NCBI RefSeq assembly: GCF_963921235.1
Contig: NC_086108.1
Location: forward strand, 70,434,001-70,494,000
DNA length: 60,000 bases
Source of the DNA: Mobula hypostoma
Taxonomy: Eukaryota
Reading direction: 5' to 3'
The position numbers and the translations under genes are program-made. Positions 12,416-25,151 of this stretch are shown piece by piece. The notes under the pieces are model-generated. The model did not search any database, was not told the DNA's origin, and worked only from the letters and a program-made list of their open reading frames with translations. The number at the start of each line of letters is the position of its first letter. Positions within the stretch are counted from its first letter, which is position 1.

Positions 12416-13835
12416 ATTATCTGCTTCTTTATTATCAAAGTACATATATGTCACCATATACAACCCTGAGATTTGTTTTCTTGCAGGTATACTCAGTAAA
12501 TCCAATAACCATAATAAATGATAACAGATAATGAAAGCTCAAATAAGAACTTTAAAGTAGCTTTTCCTATCTTAAGGCTAAAAGGAATCTTGAGCAATGT
12601 GAACTAGATGAAAATGGATAATATTGTTCAGTTTCCAGTACTTTGAAAACCCCACTCTCAATCTGGTTGTGTGGAAATACCTGCTTGTTATCAACAACGT
12701 GTGTGTCGTGATCAGACCCTGAGATCTGACATGGCCCCACTGTCAGCTCAGACTGAGGATCTGTAGTGGTGGAACGAGTCACTCCCCAAAAGGTGGAATC
12801 AGTGATTAACTAGAGGAGTTTCAATCAGCGGAGTAAACTGATCGGTCACATGGAGTTGCTTCTCATGGGATTGATTATTGGTGGTTCGACTACTTGCAAT
12901 TCTAACACAGGGCTTGGCTCACAGCAAGGTCCAGTTGGGAGGAGGTCAGAAAAGGATGCTTGTGTCAATTTCTACATTAAAGCTGCTCTAATCTCTCACA
13001 CTCAAACAGAGGCTTTTCATTGAAGAATAAAGAATACTGGTTTGATGTCATTTATTTCAAATCCTTGGTCAGAACTTCCCAGCCAATTGTTATCCTCTTA
13101 CTCACTTACTGTAGGCAGAGTACGGGTAAGACTCCAGTCTTATCTCTGCTGGACCAGTGTGTGGTGCATTGATAGTTTTAATATTCATCTTTGCTAAACA
13201 CTGGAAGTAATATATGGGCTTATCCCAAGGAGAAATATGAGAGTTCAGAATTGGAGAAATTGGTAAAAGAAATGCAACGCTGGGTTTCCTCTTTAAATTG
13301 TGAATATCAAAACTAGAATAGCAATAGCGTCTTCATATCTGTAAAATCTGAAGCCCAAGAAAAGAGTTAAATTTCTTAAAGCACCAAAACTTCAATATTA
13401 GAGAAGTTAGTCACCTCCTCACCTTCACAAGATGACCTTTGCAAATACCCACAAAATACTTTCTCCCACCCTTCTTCACTGAATGATTCTTCCAATGTCT
13501 CGTACTGAGATTGCTTTCCATGATTTGCCTCTTTTACACTCACTACCTTGATCCAGAAATGCCAACCTCCAAATTCCCAACATGACACGACAAACAATAA
13601 GGACACTAATACATAAATAGCATGCTTGTCTGCATATGCTTTATTCTTCTGGATGGAATAGGTGCTCAGCAAGAAATAATCTTAAACCATTCCAATTTTC
13701 AATGAAACATCTTGGCCAACATCTAAAGAACAGTCACTTTCAAAGAATATTAGAGGATAATAAGCACCACACTTTCCTTTGAGAAACGAGAAAACGGAAT
13801 CAGTTAAGGTTTATGGGTTTGATTATATCTAGTAC

Positions 13836-13954
13836 CTCGCCATCGTCTTCCTCCGCCTCAACTTCAGCAGCGGCTAGTCTGGAAGCAGCCTGAAGTGTTC
13901 CAGTGATGCCAATGTCTCCAGATGTTCCTCCCACTCCTGGTATAGCTGGAAATC
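13836..13954 (-). CDS. CC2D1B: CC2D1B exon (GFPAIPGVGGTSGDIGITGTLQAASRLAAAEVEAEEDDGE)
   Basis: ttctgtag| ... gag|gtacta, 119 nt, phase 1->0; completes PPGFP.IPG. Confidence 0.93.
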
Positions 13955-14949
13955 CTACAGAAAATTCAATACAACAATCGTGAAAAATCTGGAAATTTCT
14001 TTGCTAATTTCCATGCCTATTGGTTTCATATCATTTTGTTAAAGAAGACAAGTTGACTCACTCAGGATTTTTATTCCCATCTTTTAACAAATTCTCTCCT
14101 TCACGAACCACACCACTCCCGCACCCCACCCGCACCAACACCCACTGTGACAAGTCAATGAACTGCTAAGTACCTCTGTGGTATATCTCCTCACAATAGC
14201 AGCTAATTTTAGTTTACCATTACATCTTCACTCAACTGTACTTTAATAAAATTAAAATGAGTGATTTATAACTGGTTTGCTATAAAATGCTCATGGTGTG
14301 AAATTTGTTCTGAGGCAATAGCACCAAAATGGATTTATGAGAAATAATATTTGCTATATTATTTGGTTACTCTAAAGAGGTAACTTCAATAGCTCTACAG
14401 TTTTGTGCACTGTTATCTCGGTTGTCTATACTGTACACTTAACAAAAACTAGTGATATTCATTACAAGTGCAATATAAAGACAACAAGAAATGTTCCACT
14501 TTCATTTTGTTAGCCTTGATCAGCAGTAACATTATTAACCCAGCTTTACATTCAAGTTGCACTCCAGAGTTCCATCTGTAATAAGTATTCTAGTCTAATA
14601 ACGCAATGCAGCAAACAGTGAATTAGCATTTTTCAGATGAGAGTGTTACAGCATGGTCTCACTTGACAGATGACATGCAACAAAAAACAGCCAAGCTCTC
14701 TCTTGTGTCCTAATATTCATCCCTTAAACCAATCTTATTTGATGAGAAGCTCACTGCATACGGGAATTAGTAGTAGTCACACTTCAAAAGTACATTAATA
14801 ATGAAGTGCTTTGAGACCCTGGAGATCATGACAAGAATTCATAGAAAGATATGCAAGGATAAATGATCTGCAGGTAATACAAAAACAGGAATCGTGGGGT
14901 GGAGTTGGGGAGTCCTTTCCTCGAAAGGGCGCTGGAAAGATGCTAATCG

Positions 14950-15614
14950 ATATTTCAAAGTAGTCGCTATAAAATTTTCAACACATTTGTGCATAAATGG
15001 GGTGGTGGAGGAGTACAAATACTTGACTGGAAACCAATACTAAGGCTGTTTACAAGAAGGGGATGAGCAGACTCTAATTCCTAAGAAAGCTGAGATCCTT
15101 CAATGTGTGCAGCAGCATGTTGGAGATCTTTTGCCTAGCAAGGGCATTCTTCTTTGCAACTTTATATTGGGGGAGCAGCATCGATACTGGAAATGCAAAA
15201 AGACTAAATTAAAAAGGCTGGATCCGTCCTTGGGTACAACCTGGACACTTTTGTGTTAGTGGTGGAGAGGAGGTCACTAAACAAACTGTTATCCATTATG
15301 GACAATCTGACACATCCTCTCCATGACCTACTGAATAAGCAGCGGACAGACTCATTCAGTCCCACTGTCACAAGGATGGTTACAGAAAATCTTTCCTAAG
15401 CATGTAAGCAGTTCATCTCTGTGTGACAAGAGAATACCCATCATAGTACAATAGTCTCTGCTTTATTATTTTGTACATTATTATTGCACATTGGTAAATT
15501 ATTATTGTGTATATTACTATTCTGTATATTATTAGTTAAGTCTGCACACTGCTAAGTGTGTTTTTAAATGACGCTGCTGTGACGAAAGAATTTCCCACTC
15601 AGGATAACAAAGTA
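14950..15614 (+). mobile_element. LINE 3' fragment (Rex/Babar-like) whose tail is split by the Penelope insertion
   Basis: VVEEYKYL / KKG..RL.FLRKLRSFNVC remnants; the tail resumes at 17695 with an (ATT)n run. Confidence 0.65.
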
Positions 15615-15707
15615 AACACAAAATAATCTGCAGATGCTGGGATCAAAGCAACACTCACAGTACACTGGAGGAACTCAGCAGGTCGGGCAGCATCAATGGA
15701 AACGATG

Positions 15708-15743
15708 AGTCGATGTTTCGGGCCGGAACCCTTCGTCAGGACT
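15708..15743 (-). ncRNA. Minimal type I hammerhead ribozyme motif (PLE-associated), host-sense
   Basis: agtc CTGACGA aggg-ttccgg-ccc GAAA c ATC gact; core intact, palindromic ACGT changed to ACAT. Confidence 0.75.
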
Positions 15744-17615
15744 GAACAAAGAAGGTGGGGGAAGGATTTGAAGAATGCTTGTAGGTTCAGTTGAAAGACC
15801 AGTAATTTGAAAGACAAAGGGGTGGAGGAGGGAAAGCAGGGTCGTTATAGGCAGGGAAACAATGGGTAGTAGAAGAAGGAGGCGGAACCATGAGGGAGGT
15901 GATAGGCAGCTGGGGTAGGGAGCAGAGTGAAATAGGGATAGAGGAAGGGAGGGGGAGGGACTTACCGGAAGTTGGAGAATTCTATGTTCATACCAAGGGG
16001 CTGGAGACTACCTAGACGGTATATGAGGTGTTGCTCCTCCAACTTGAGATTAGCCTTATCATGGCAGTAGAGGCGGCCATGTATGGACATATCTGAATGG
16101 GAATGGGAAGCAGAGTTGAAGCGGGTGGCTACCGGGAGATCCTGTCTGTTGTGGCGGACGGAGTGGAGGTGCTCAACGAAGCGGTCCCCCAATCTGCGTC
16201 AGGTTTCACCGATGTAGAGGAGGCCGCACCGGGAGCACCGGATGCAATAGATGACTCCAACAGACTCACAAGTGAAGTGTTGCCTCACCTGGAAGGACTG
16301 TTTGGGGCCCTGAATGGTGGCAAGAGAGGAGGTGTAGGGACAGGTGTAGCACTTATGCTTACAGGGATAAGTGCCGGGTGGGAGATCCTTGGGGATGGAC
16401 GTGTGGATAAGTGAGTCGTGGAGGGACCAATCCCTGTGGAAAGCAGAGAGGGGTGGAGAGGGAAAGATGTGCTTAGTGGTGGGGTCCTGTTGAAGGTGGC
16501 GGAAGTTGCGGAGGATAACATGCTGGATCCGGAGGCTGGTGGGGTGGTAGGACAAGGGGAACCCTGTCCCTGTGGTGGTGGCGGGAGGATGGGGTGAGGG
16601 CCGAAGTGCGGGAAATGGAGGAGATGCGGGTGAGGGCATCATTGATGACGGTAGAAGGGAAACCACGATCCTTAAAGAAAGAGGACATTTAAAATGTCCT
16701 GGAACGGAAAGCCTCATCCTGGGAGCAGATGCGGCAGAGACGGAGGAATTGGGAATAGGGAATGGTATTTTTGCATGTGGTGGGGTGGGAAGAGGTATAG
16801 TTGAGGTAGTTATGAGAGTCAGATCTCTGGATCCAGCACATTATCCTCCGCAACTTCCGCCACCTTCAACAGGACCCCACCACTAAGCACATCTTTCCCT
16901 CTCCACCCCTCTCTGCTTTCCACAGGGATTGGTCCCTCCACGACTCCCTTATCCGCATGTCCATCGCCAAGGATCTCCCACCCAGCACTTATCCCTGTAA
17001 GCATAAGTGCTACACCTGTCCCTACACCTCCTCTCTTGCTACCATTCAGGGCCCCAAACAGTCCTTCCAGGTGAGGCAACACTTCACTTGTGAGTCTGTT
17101 GGGGTCATCTATTGCATCCGGTGCTCCCGGTGCGGCCTCCTCTACATCATTGAAACCCGACGCAGATTGGGGGACCGCTTCGTTGAGCACCTCCACTCCG
17201 TCCGCCACAACAGACAGGATCTCCCGGTAGCCACCCACTTCAACTCTGCTTCCCATTCCCATTCAGATATGTCCATACATGGCCTCCTCTACTGCCATGA
17301 TAAGGCTAATCTCAAGTTGGAGGAGCAACACCTCATATACCGTCTAGGTAGTCTCCAGCCCCTTGATATGAATGTAGAATTCTCCAACTTCCGGTAAGTC
17401 CCTCCCCCTCCCTTCCTCTATCCCTATTTCACTCTGCCCCCTACCCCAGCTGCCTATCACCTCCCTCATGGTTCCGCCTCCTTCTTCTACTACCCATTGT
17501 TTTCCTGCCTATGACATCCCTGCTTCCCCTCCCCCACCCTTTTGTCTTTCAAATTACTGGTCTTTCAACTGAACCTACAAGCATTCTTCAAATCCTTCTC
17601 CCTCCTTCTTTGTTC

Positions 17616-17651
17616 AGTCCTGACGAAGCGTTCCGGCCCGAAACGTCGACT
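17616..17651 (+). ncRNA. Minimal type I hammerhead ribozyme motif
   Basis: agtc CTGACGA agcg-ttccgg-ccc GAAA c GTC gact; one mismatch in helix II. Confidence 0.75.
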
Positions 17652-18079
17652 CATCGTTTCCACTGATGCTGCCCAACCTGCTGAGTTCCTCCAAGATAAC
17701 AAAGTACTTACTATTATTATTATTATTAAAATGTTTTTACTCTTTTAATGCTTCTAATGCCTTGCTTTTAGGATGTTGATAAGTCACCTCATGGTGAAGC
17801 ACTGGGTCTACATTCCACCCTTTAGCTGGACAAATTGCCAGTCAGGTTGCATATTTTATGTTGGCCATTTTTATCAGTCACATTACCTTGAAGTACTGGG
17901 ATCAACACAAATAAAATCCCCTAGCAGCTTCTATAGGTGCCTGGTTAATGTTCCCTTTTCAATGCATAACGTACAGAATAAAAATACCAACCATCACTTT
18001 TATATTCTCTGCTGTGGCATTAATCCTTTCTTAATTTAATCCTCTACCTACTCTTACACTATCTGCTGCATTCTGCTTT

Positions 18080-18725
18080 CTGGTTGGCTGCCAGTGACTG
18101 GTGGTTTTCTGCCGAGGTCGGTGCTGGGACTGCTCTTTTCACTTCACATGTCAATGATTTGGATGACAGAATCGATAAGTTTGTGGCCAAATTTGCGGAC
18201 GATACAAAGATAGATGGATGGACTGGCAGTATTGAGGAAGCAGGGAGTCTGCAGAAGCATTTAAACAGATTAGGAAAATGGGCAAAGACCAGGCAGATGG
18301 AATACAATGTAGGAAAGTGCATGGTCATGCACTTTAGTGGAAGGAATAAAAGCTCAGACTATTTTTTAAATTTGGAGCAAATTCAGAAATCGGAGATGCA
18401 AAGGGACTTGGGAATCCTAGTCCACGGATTCCTTAAAGTTTAACTTGCAGGTTGAGTCAGTGGTCAGAAAGCAAATGCAATGTTAGCATTCATTTTGAGA
18501 GGACAAGAACATAAAAACAAGGACTTGATGCTGAGGCTTAGTAAGACATTGGTCAGACCACACTTGGAGTACTGTGATCAGTTCTGGACCTCTTATCGAA
18601 GAAAGGAGGTGCTGGCCTTGGAAATGTTCACAAGAATTATCCTGGGAACAAAAGGGTTAATATATGAGGAGCAGTTGATGGCTTTGGACCTATGCACATT
18701 CTGCTCCTGTGTCTAATGGTCTTAT
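18080..18725 (+). mobile_element. CR1 RT fragment
   Basis: NDLDD..VAKFADDTKI motif in ORF 18084..18443. Confidence 0.88.
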
Positions 18726-18921
18726 TTCAATTGCCATTATAGTCCATTAAAGTCATTTCCTGTGCATGCAAACACATTAATTTAAAATAAGTTAAAATGA
18801 AGGAAAATTTTGTTATATTTAAAATTACATCAGGCATTCAAAAGCACTTAATATTATACACTCTTATAATTTACAAGCAGTACAAATGCTCTGCTTAAAG
18901 GAATGAATACCCTATACTTGC

Positions 18922-18994
18922 CTGGAGGTACTGGAAGATCTCCAAAATCTACTTTTCTTCCAGATTTATGTGCTCTGATGGCACCCTGGTACTG
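18922..18994 (-). CDS. CC2D1B: CC2D1B exon, end of DM14-3 (QYQGAIRAHKSGRKVDFGDLPVPP), followed by a GC donor
   Basis: tccag| acceptor and CAG|gcaagt donor, 73 nt, phase 0->1; conserved QYQ.AIRAH..GR.V....LPVPPG. Confidence 0.93.
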
Positions 18995-20024
18995 CTGGAT
19001 AATAAAAAGGTAGAAATTTCAATTACACATTTCATCAAGTTGATGTACATTTTCAACTGACCAATTTCAAACTAATTTATGTAAATATAGCTCCTGCATA
19101 CATGAATATTTTAAAGAATATTTATGTTTTTTGTTGTAATTTTGTCCTATGAAATCATCGTTGAAGATGATGCTTTTGTTATGTTTGTACTGACTGAAAT
19201 AAATGTCATTCATTCATTCACTATTCATCTGCATATCTGCAAAAGAGTAAACGCCATTATAAATGGGACTCTCAAATATTTAATGTTAAAACTGGTCTCT
19301 TGGATTTTTGTTGGACAGTGGAGGAGGGGAATAGAGGGTTCTTTCTGTGTCAAATAGCGCCTTATCACTTAGCAACCCTTTCATAATGTACTTAGTTCTC
19401 AAACATTGCAACTTTACTGGGGATAATTTCTAATGACTCCCTTACATTCTTGGAAGAGTCTAAGAAAAGGGCTGACTTTGTTTTCATGTTATCATTATCT
19501 TTTTGATCATTGTTGACACAAATATCACAGTTCTTCCTTACAACTATTAAATGAAACAGAATTGTTAAAATATAAAATGACTCCATTTGCGTCATTTTAA
19601 CTTTTGAGCTATAAATGAATGTTTCTCAATGAGATTTCACTGGCTACGTAACCTATTAAGAACTTTTGGACTAAGCTATATACAAGGGGCAGGTTAACCA
19701 GTTGAGAATAGCTTTGCACATCCCATTTTAAGTTACCTGGCATCATCCTGGTCACCTTCACAAAGATAACATTAACTAACCGTCACCCACAAACTAACAA
19801 ACCATCAAATTGTTCATCTATTTTTTATCTAGACTTAATAGTTACATCAACATTGTACGCCTTATCACATCACCTCCAGGAAATTAGAGCTAAATTCATG
19901 CACTTTTGTAACTTATTCCATGAAATAGGGCCTCACTAACAAAATATAATGCTCTAACCAAATCATTTTAAGAATGCAGTATTCAGCTGGCCAGTCACTG
20001 TGAAGGTACACCACAATGTCAGTG

Positions 20025-21266
20025 AGAAGCTGGGAGGTGATAGAGGGAAAAGGTAAAAGGGCTGAAGAAGAAGAAACACCTGATAGGAGAGAAGAGGGGA
20101 CCATAGGAGAAAGGTGGGGGGGGAGTGATAGGCAAGTGAGCAGAAAAGAAGAGGTAAGGGGGTAATTGGAAGGGGAAGGGTAAAAATAACTGGAAGTTAT
20201 AGAAATCAATGTTCATGCCATTAGTTGGAAGCTACCCAGACAGAATAAGAGGTGTTGCTCCTCCAACCTGAGAGTGGCCTCATCATGGCAGAAGAGGAGG
20301 CCATGGACCAACATGTCGGAATGAGAATGAGGATTGGGAATTAAAATGGCTGGTCACCGGGAAAACCTGCTTGTTGCCGATGGAATGAAGGTGCTTGACA
20401 AAGCAGTCCCCCAATCTACATCAGGCCTCATCAATGCAGAGGAGGCCACATCGGAAGCACTAGATACAGTAGATTACCCCAACAAACTGGCAGGTGAAAT
20501 GCATCTCATCTGGGAGGATTGTTTGGGGCTCTGAACGGAGTTGAAGGAGGAGGTGAATGGGCAGGTGTTGCATTTCTTCCGCTCAGAGGGATAAATGCCA
20601 GGAAGGAGATAAGAAGATTACTGGGGAAGGAAGAATGTCTTTCCCTTTTCCACCTATCTGCTCCCAGCTTCTCACTTCATCCACCCCCAACCTCTTCCAC
20701 TGACCTGGCTTTACCCCTCACCTTCTAGCTTGTACTCCTTCCTCTTCCTTCCCCCTCACCCCACAACCGATCACCTTCTTAATCTGGCTTCTTCCCCCTT
20801 CCTTTCCAGTCCTTTTTTTTTTGGCGTGTGCCTGCGTGCGCGCAACTCTGTGCGTGTGTCCGCGTGTGCGTACATGTCTGCCCGTGATGCCTTTTTCATG
20901 GCTTTTTACAAGGCGCGGAGCGAGAGAGAGACTGTGTGACACACCACTCCTCACACAGACAGTTCACAGTATTTTTCCCTTTATTTTATGAGGTCCAGTT
21001 GTGATCTCGACACTCAACCCGGCACGGATGGAAAGCGTACTCGGGAGCGGACCCGACTGGTTTCGAACCCGGGAACCTCCCCTCCCAGGTCTGGCGCCGA
21101 TGTCATTACGCCACCAGCCGGCCCTCCTTTCCAGTCCTAATGAAGGGTCTTGGCCCAAAACGTTGACTGTTTATTCCTTTCTATAGATGCTGCCTGACTT
21201 ACTGAGTTTCACCAGCATTTAGCATGTGTTACTCAGGTTTTCCAGCACCTGCAGAATCTCTTGTGT
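20025..21266. mobile_element. Older Penelope-like insertion with an inversion (minus ~20025-20610, plus ~20640-21266) and a 14-bp TSD
   Basis: Degenerate GIY-YIG coding region on the minus strand. TSD ccacaatgt(c/t)agtg at 20011-20024 and 21267-21280. Degenerate hammerhead at 21132-21169. Confidence 0.8.
20814..21124 (-). mobile_element. Young tRNA-derived SINE with poly(A) tail and a 14-bp TSD
   Basis: A box tggcgtaatg, B box ggttcgaaacc, A-tail, CpG-rich. TSD tcctttccagtcct at 20800-20813 and 21125-21138. Confidence 0.88.
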
Positions 21267-22008
21267 CCACAATGTTAGTGTCTAGTTAAGTCTCTTTTCA
21301 TACGAGTAGGGTTTTGACATAACAGCCTAATGCAACTGAATGGCTTTGAGAAGACTTTTACAAGTTAAGCACATTGTTCTGGATTCAAAATCATACATTG
21401 CAAGAGCAGGTAGGATAATGGTTCCCTGCATATCAGTAGATATAAATCTCCACCAGTGTACAGTCAAGGTCCATCTGGTGTAAACCAAATAGAAGCTGTG
21501 TTTGCCAATTCCTGGCCATTGAAGATACTACAATCTTCTGTGAAGATCTATATATCAAATGTCAGTTTGGAAACTATCGTAGGAGATAGATTCAAGCCTC
21601 GATTGGAACCTTGAACTAGCTGCAAGAGAACTTGGACGGACTGAGCACCAAGGGAAAGCAAGTGTCTATCTGCAATTCAAAGCAATGAGGGATACATTGC
21701 TACTGCAAAGCGTTCGCAATGAGGGAATAATTGAATCAGCTATAAGAGGGTCAGAATATACAGTAGATAACAAAGATGGTTTCATCAACAGCCTCTACAC
21801 ATCTCACAAATAAAATGGCCATCGAGTGTGTAAAACTATGAGTGTCCAATTATTTCATGGTTATCAATGAAATGGAACAGCTCATTAAAACATACATGAA
21901 GGTTTTCACATTAGATAGGATGGCTAAGGGAATCTGTGGATCCACATGTTCAGCAAGAAATAAACATCTTTAAAAGGGAACTGGAAAAATGCCTCAGTAT
22001 TAACGTAC

Positions 22009-22139
22009 TTTTGCTATTCTCTCATGCATCCTTGCCTTACGATCATTTCCAGTAGCTTTCGCCTGAGATGCCGCTGTTTTGTATCTCTCCATTCTTTGCT
22101 GTAGAGCTTCCAGTATGTCTTTGGGTGGTGGTGGTAGGC
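22009..22139 (-). CDS. CC2D1B: CC2D1B exon, DM14 repeat 3 (LPPPPKDILEALQQRMERYKTAASQAKATGNDRKARMHERIAK)
   Basis: ttctag| ... |gtacgt, 131 nt, phase 1->0; RKARMHERI motif. Confidence 0.95.
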
Positions 22140-22239
22140 CTAGAATCACAGAAATAACTTGTACCTGCTGTAGTTAAAAATTTCTTTTGAACAACTCATC
22201 AGATATTAAAAGGATTTTTACAGCAAACAGAACAATAAT

Positions 22240-24565
22240 ATGTTCATGTCATTAGCAGCATTTTCTGCCCAACCTCCTTAGGTCAATTGTCAAAATATCT
22301 CTCATTTCTCCATCCATTCATGGCTACCCCTTCTCTCCAATATGATCATCTAGCTCTCCACCCCTTCCAGAATGTTGTTAGTTTTAATAGAGGTATCATT
22401 CTTTAAATTATGGTAAATACAAACTTAGTTAACCTAATCTTTCCTCATGTGGCAGTCCTGTCATCCTAGATATTGGTGTGATAAACCTTCACTGCACTGT
22501 TAAGTAGATCCTTTCTCAGGAAACAAGAAGAGTACAATATTCCAAGGTGCAGTCTCACCAAGGCCCTGTATACCTCATTAGTCTAGTATTCAAAACCTCT
22601 TGCTATGAAGGCGAGTTTACAATCTGGCTTCTTAATTGCTTGCTTGACTTGCAGATTGCTTTCTTTCACTGGTATACACGAACACCAATTCCTTTTACGT
22701 TAACACTTCCCAATCTAATACTATTTAAATTATATGCTGCCTTCGGCTTTACTACCAAAGCAAATAACTTAACACATCTGTGTAATATTGCATTAGCAAA
22801 ATTTCTGTCCATTTGCTTAATCTGCCTAATGGATGTATCAAGGGGAAGGGAACACAGATTTAAAGTGACAGGAAAAAGATTGAGAAGATGAAAATCTATT
22901 GTTTGAAACAGTGGCTATCATTTGTAATGCTATAGGTATGTGACACTGGAACTCCAAAGAACGGTGGGGTAAGCTAATGGGTTGAATAGACTCCATCCGT
23001 GCTGCAATGAATCTATGGTTCTGTGACAGTGCAGACTTGAAGCTAACTGACTTCTGCAAGGGTCAAAGTGGTAAAATCCATGAAAACAAAACAGCTCACA
23101 ATCTTCTGCTGCATATTCAGAGTTTATCCTGTTACTTGTGCAATTCATGACCCATACTCAAAAATACTTATAGCGTAAACTGTCGAAGCTCGAGGCTGAA
23201 AATATACATCAAAATTTAACAAGAGGGCTTTGACTTCACAGTTCACTGTAGGATAGAAATCAAGCACTGTAGTATTCCAACAGTTTTGACACTAACGAGC
23301 CAAAAATGTGAAGGCTCAGCACTAAACCAATTTTTTTTCAAAAACTCAATGACTTTATTCTCAGTCTTTTGTTAATTTTGTGAATTTATGAAAATGGAAA
23401 AATGACTCTAAGATGACAACTATTTCTTCATGCAGTACATACAAACGAGCTACCGACCAATAGCTTGGGAAAATTGAAACGCTAGTTTAAGGAGACCAAA
23501 GTTTCATCATTAGTTTTATACATTTTACTTGCGGTCCACATCCATAGATCTCTCAAAGCTGTAGCACAAGTTGATAGGGTCGTTCCTAAGGCGTTTGGTG
23601 TGTTGGCCTTCATTAGCTGGGGAATTCAGCTCAACAGCTGTGAAGTAATGATGCAGCTCCATAAAACCCTGGTTAAACCACACTTGGAACTTGTGCTCAG
23701 TTCTAGTCGCATTATAGGAAGGATGTGGAAGCTTTAGAGAGGGTGCAAAGGAGATTTACTAGGATGTTGCTTGGATGAGACTGCATATCTCACAAAGATA
23801 GTTGAGCGAGCCAGGGCTTTTCTCTTCGGAGCCAAGGAGGATGTGAGGTGACCTGATCGAGGTCTTCAAGATGAAAAGAGGCTTAGATAGAGTGGATAGC
23901 CATGCACCTCTTCCTCAGCTGGAAATGGCTAATGTGAGGGGCGTGTAATTTTAAGGCAGATACATTAGGGGCATTTAAGAAATTCTTAGATAGGCATATG
24001 AATGATAGAAAAACAGGGGTTCACGTAGTAGGGATGTGGTACATTGATCTAGGAGTAGGTTACCAGGACAGCACAACCTTGTGGGTCGAATGACTTGCTG
24101 TAATGTTCTACATTCTACTTAGTGCCAACTGTACCTCCTAATTTAGATCATAAGACAATAAGATATAGAAGCAGAATTAGGTCATTTGGCCCACTGAGTT
24201 TGCTCAGCCATTTCATCACAGCTGATTCAATTTTCCTCTCAGCCCCAATCTCCTGCCTTCCCCCCTTATCACTTCATTCCCTGACTAATCAATAATCTAG
24301 CAATCTCTGCCCTAAGTATACATAAAGACATGGCCTGTGGCAATGAATTCCACAGATTCATCACTTTCTGGCTAAAGAAATTCCTCCTCATCTCCATTCT
24401 AAAATGATGCCCCTCTATTCTGAGGCTGTGTCCTCTGGTCTCAAACCCTCCCAGCATAGGAAACATTCTCTCCACATCCAAGGCCTTTCACCATTAGATA
24501 GGTTTCAGTTAGGTCACCCCTCACTCTTCTGAATTCTAGTGAATACAGGTCCAGAGCCATCAGTT
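22240..24565. mobile_element. Cluster of degenerate CR1 fragments (- ~22240-22830; + ~23535-24120; - ~24148-24565)
   Basis: CR1 RT C-terminal and 3' UTR motifs. Confidence 0.7.
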
Positions 24566-24778
24566 TGGCTTACTGTGACTTCCACTAAATCCTTAAGAAA
24601 CTGAATTACAAATCATGCCTCATAGTTTCAAACTTTCAGCACTGATCTATGGTATTTTATTTTTTAATTTAATTTATAATTATTTTTACAAAATGCCATT
24701 TTTCTTATTTATATAATAAAATTAAATTTCAGAAATACCAGTGCAGAACATTTACGAAGCATACCTAACCTATCCTAC

Positions 24779-24883
24779 CTGACTCTGTGTTTCCCTGAGG
24801 TTCTGTTTTAGGACCACCTTCTTGCTGATCAGGAAGAGTTACTGTTCTCGAAGGACTTGCTGATTTGTCTTGGGTTGAGGTAT
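24779..24883 (-). CDS. CC2D1B: CC2D1B linker exon (DTSTQDKSASPSRTVTLPDQQEGGPKTEPQGNTES)
   Basis: tttgatag| ... cag|gtagga, 105 nt, open frame, phase 1->1 fits both neighbours. Poorly conserved linker. Confidence 0.78.
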
Positions 24884-25151
24884 CTATCAAAATATTTGAA
24901 TAACTTTAATACATAAAACCATAATAAAGTTAGTAAATCACTTTATGATATTTCAAGGTTTTTCTATTCAATATATTAAAAGCACAAGAAATACTTAAAC
25001 TGACAGGTTGAATAACTAATCTGCTGCAAGGATGCAACAAGCATTTCTAAATTAAAAGTCAGTCAGGAGCCTGATTCTGCTGTGTGAGAATTCAAAATTG
25101 GTTTGTGTGAAGAATATAGCTTTCTACTTACTTCATAATGATTTGCTTTAG

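Larger units (their letters stand above)
15615..17694. mobile_element. Penelope-like element inserted as an inverted pair (minus arm 15615-16820, plus arm 16825-17694) with a 12-bp TSD
   Basis: GIY-YIG endonuclease (VIYCIRCSRCGLLYIGET..RLGDRFVEH) in both arms. TSD gataacaaagta at 15603-15614 and 17695-17706. Confidence 0.92.

Noticed and set aside
13376..13672. 98-aa minus-strand ORF
   Set aside because: No recognisable domain and not needed for the exon chain; possibly an ancient LINE remnant.
21040..21124. tRNA gene
   Set aside because: The A/B boxes belong to a SINE head with a body, A-tail and TSD; there is no full cloverleaf.
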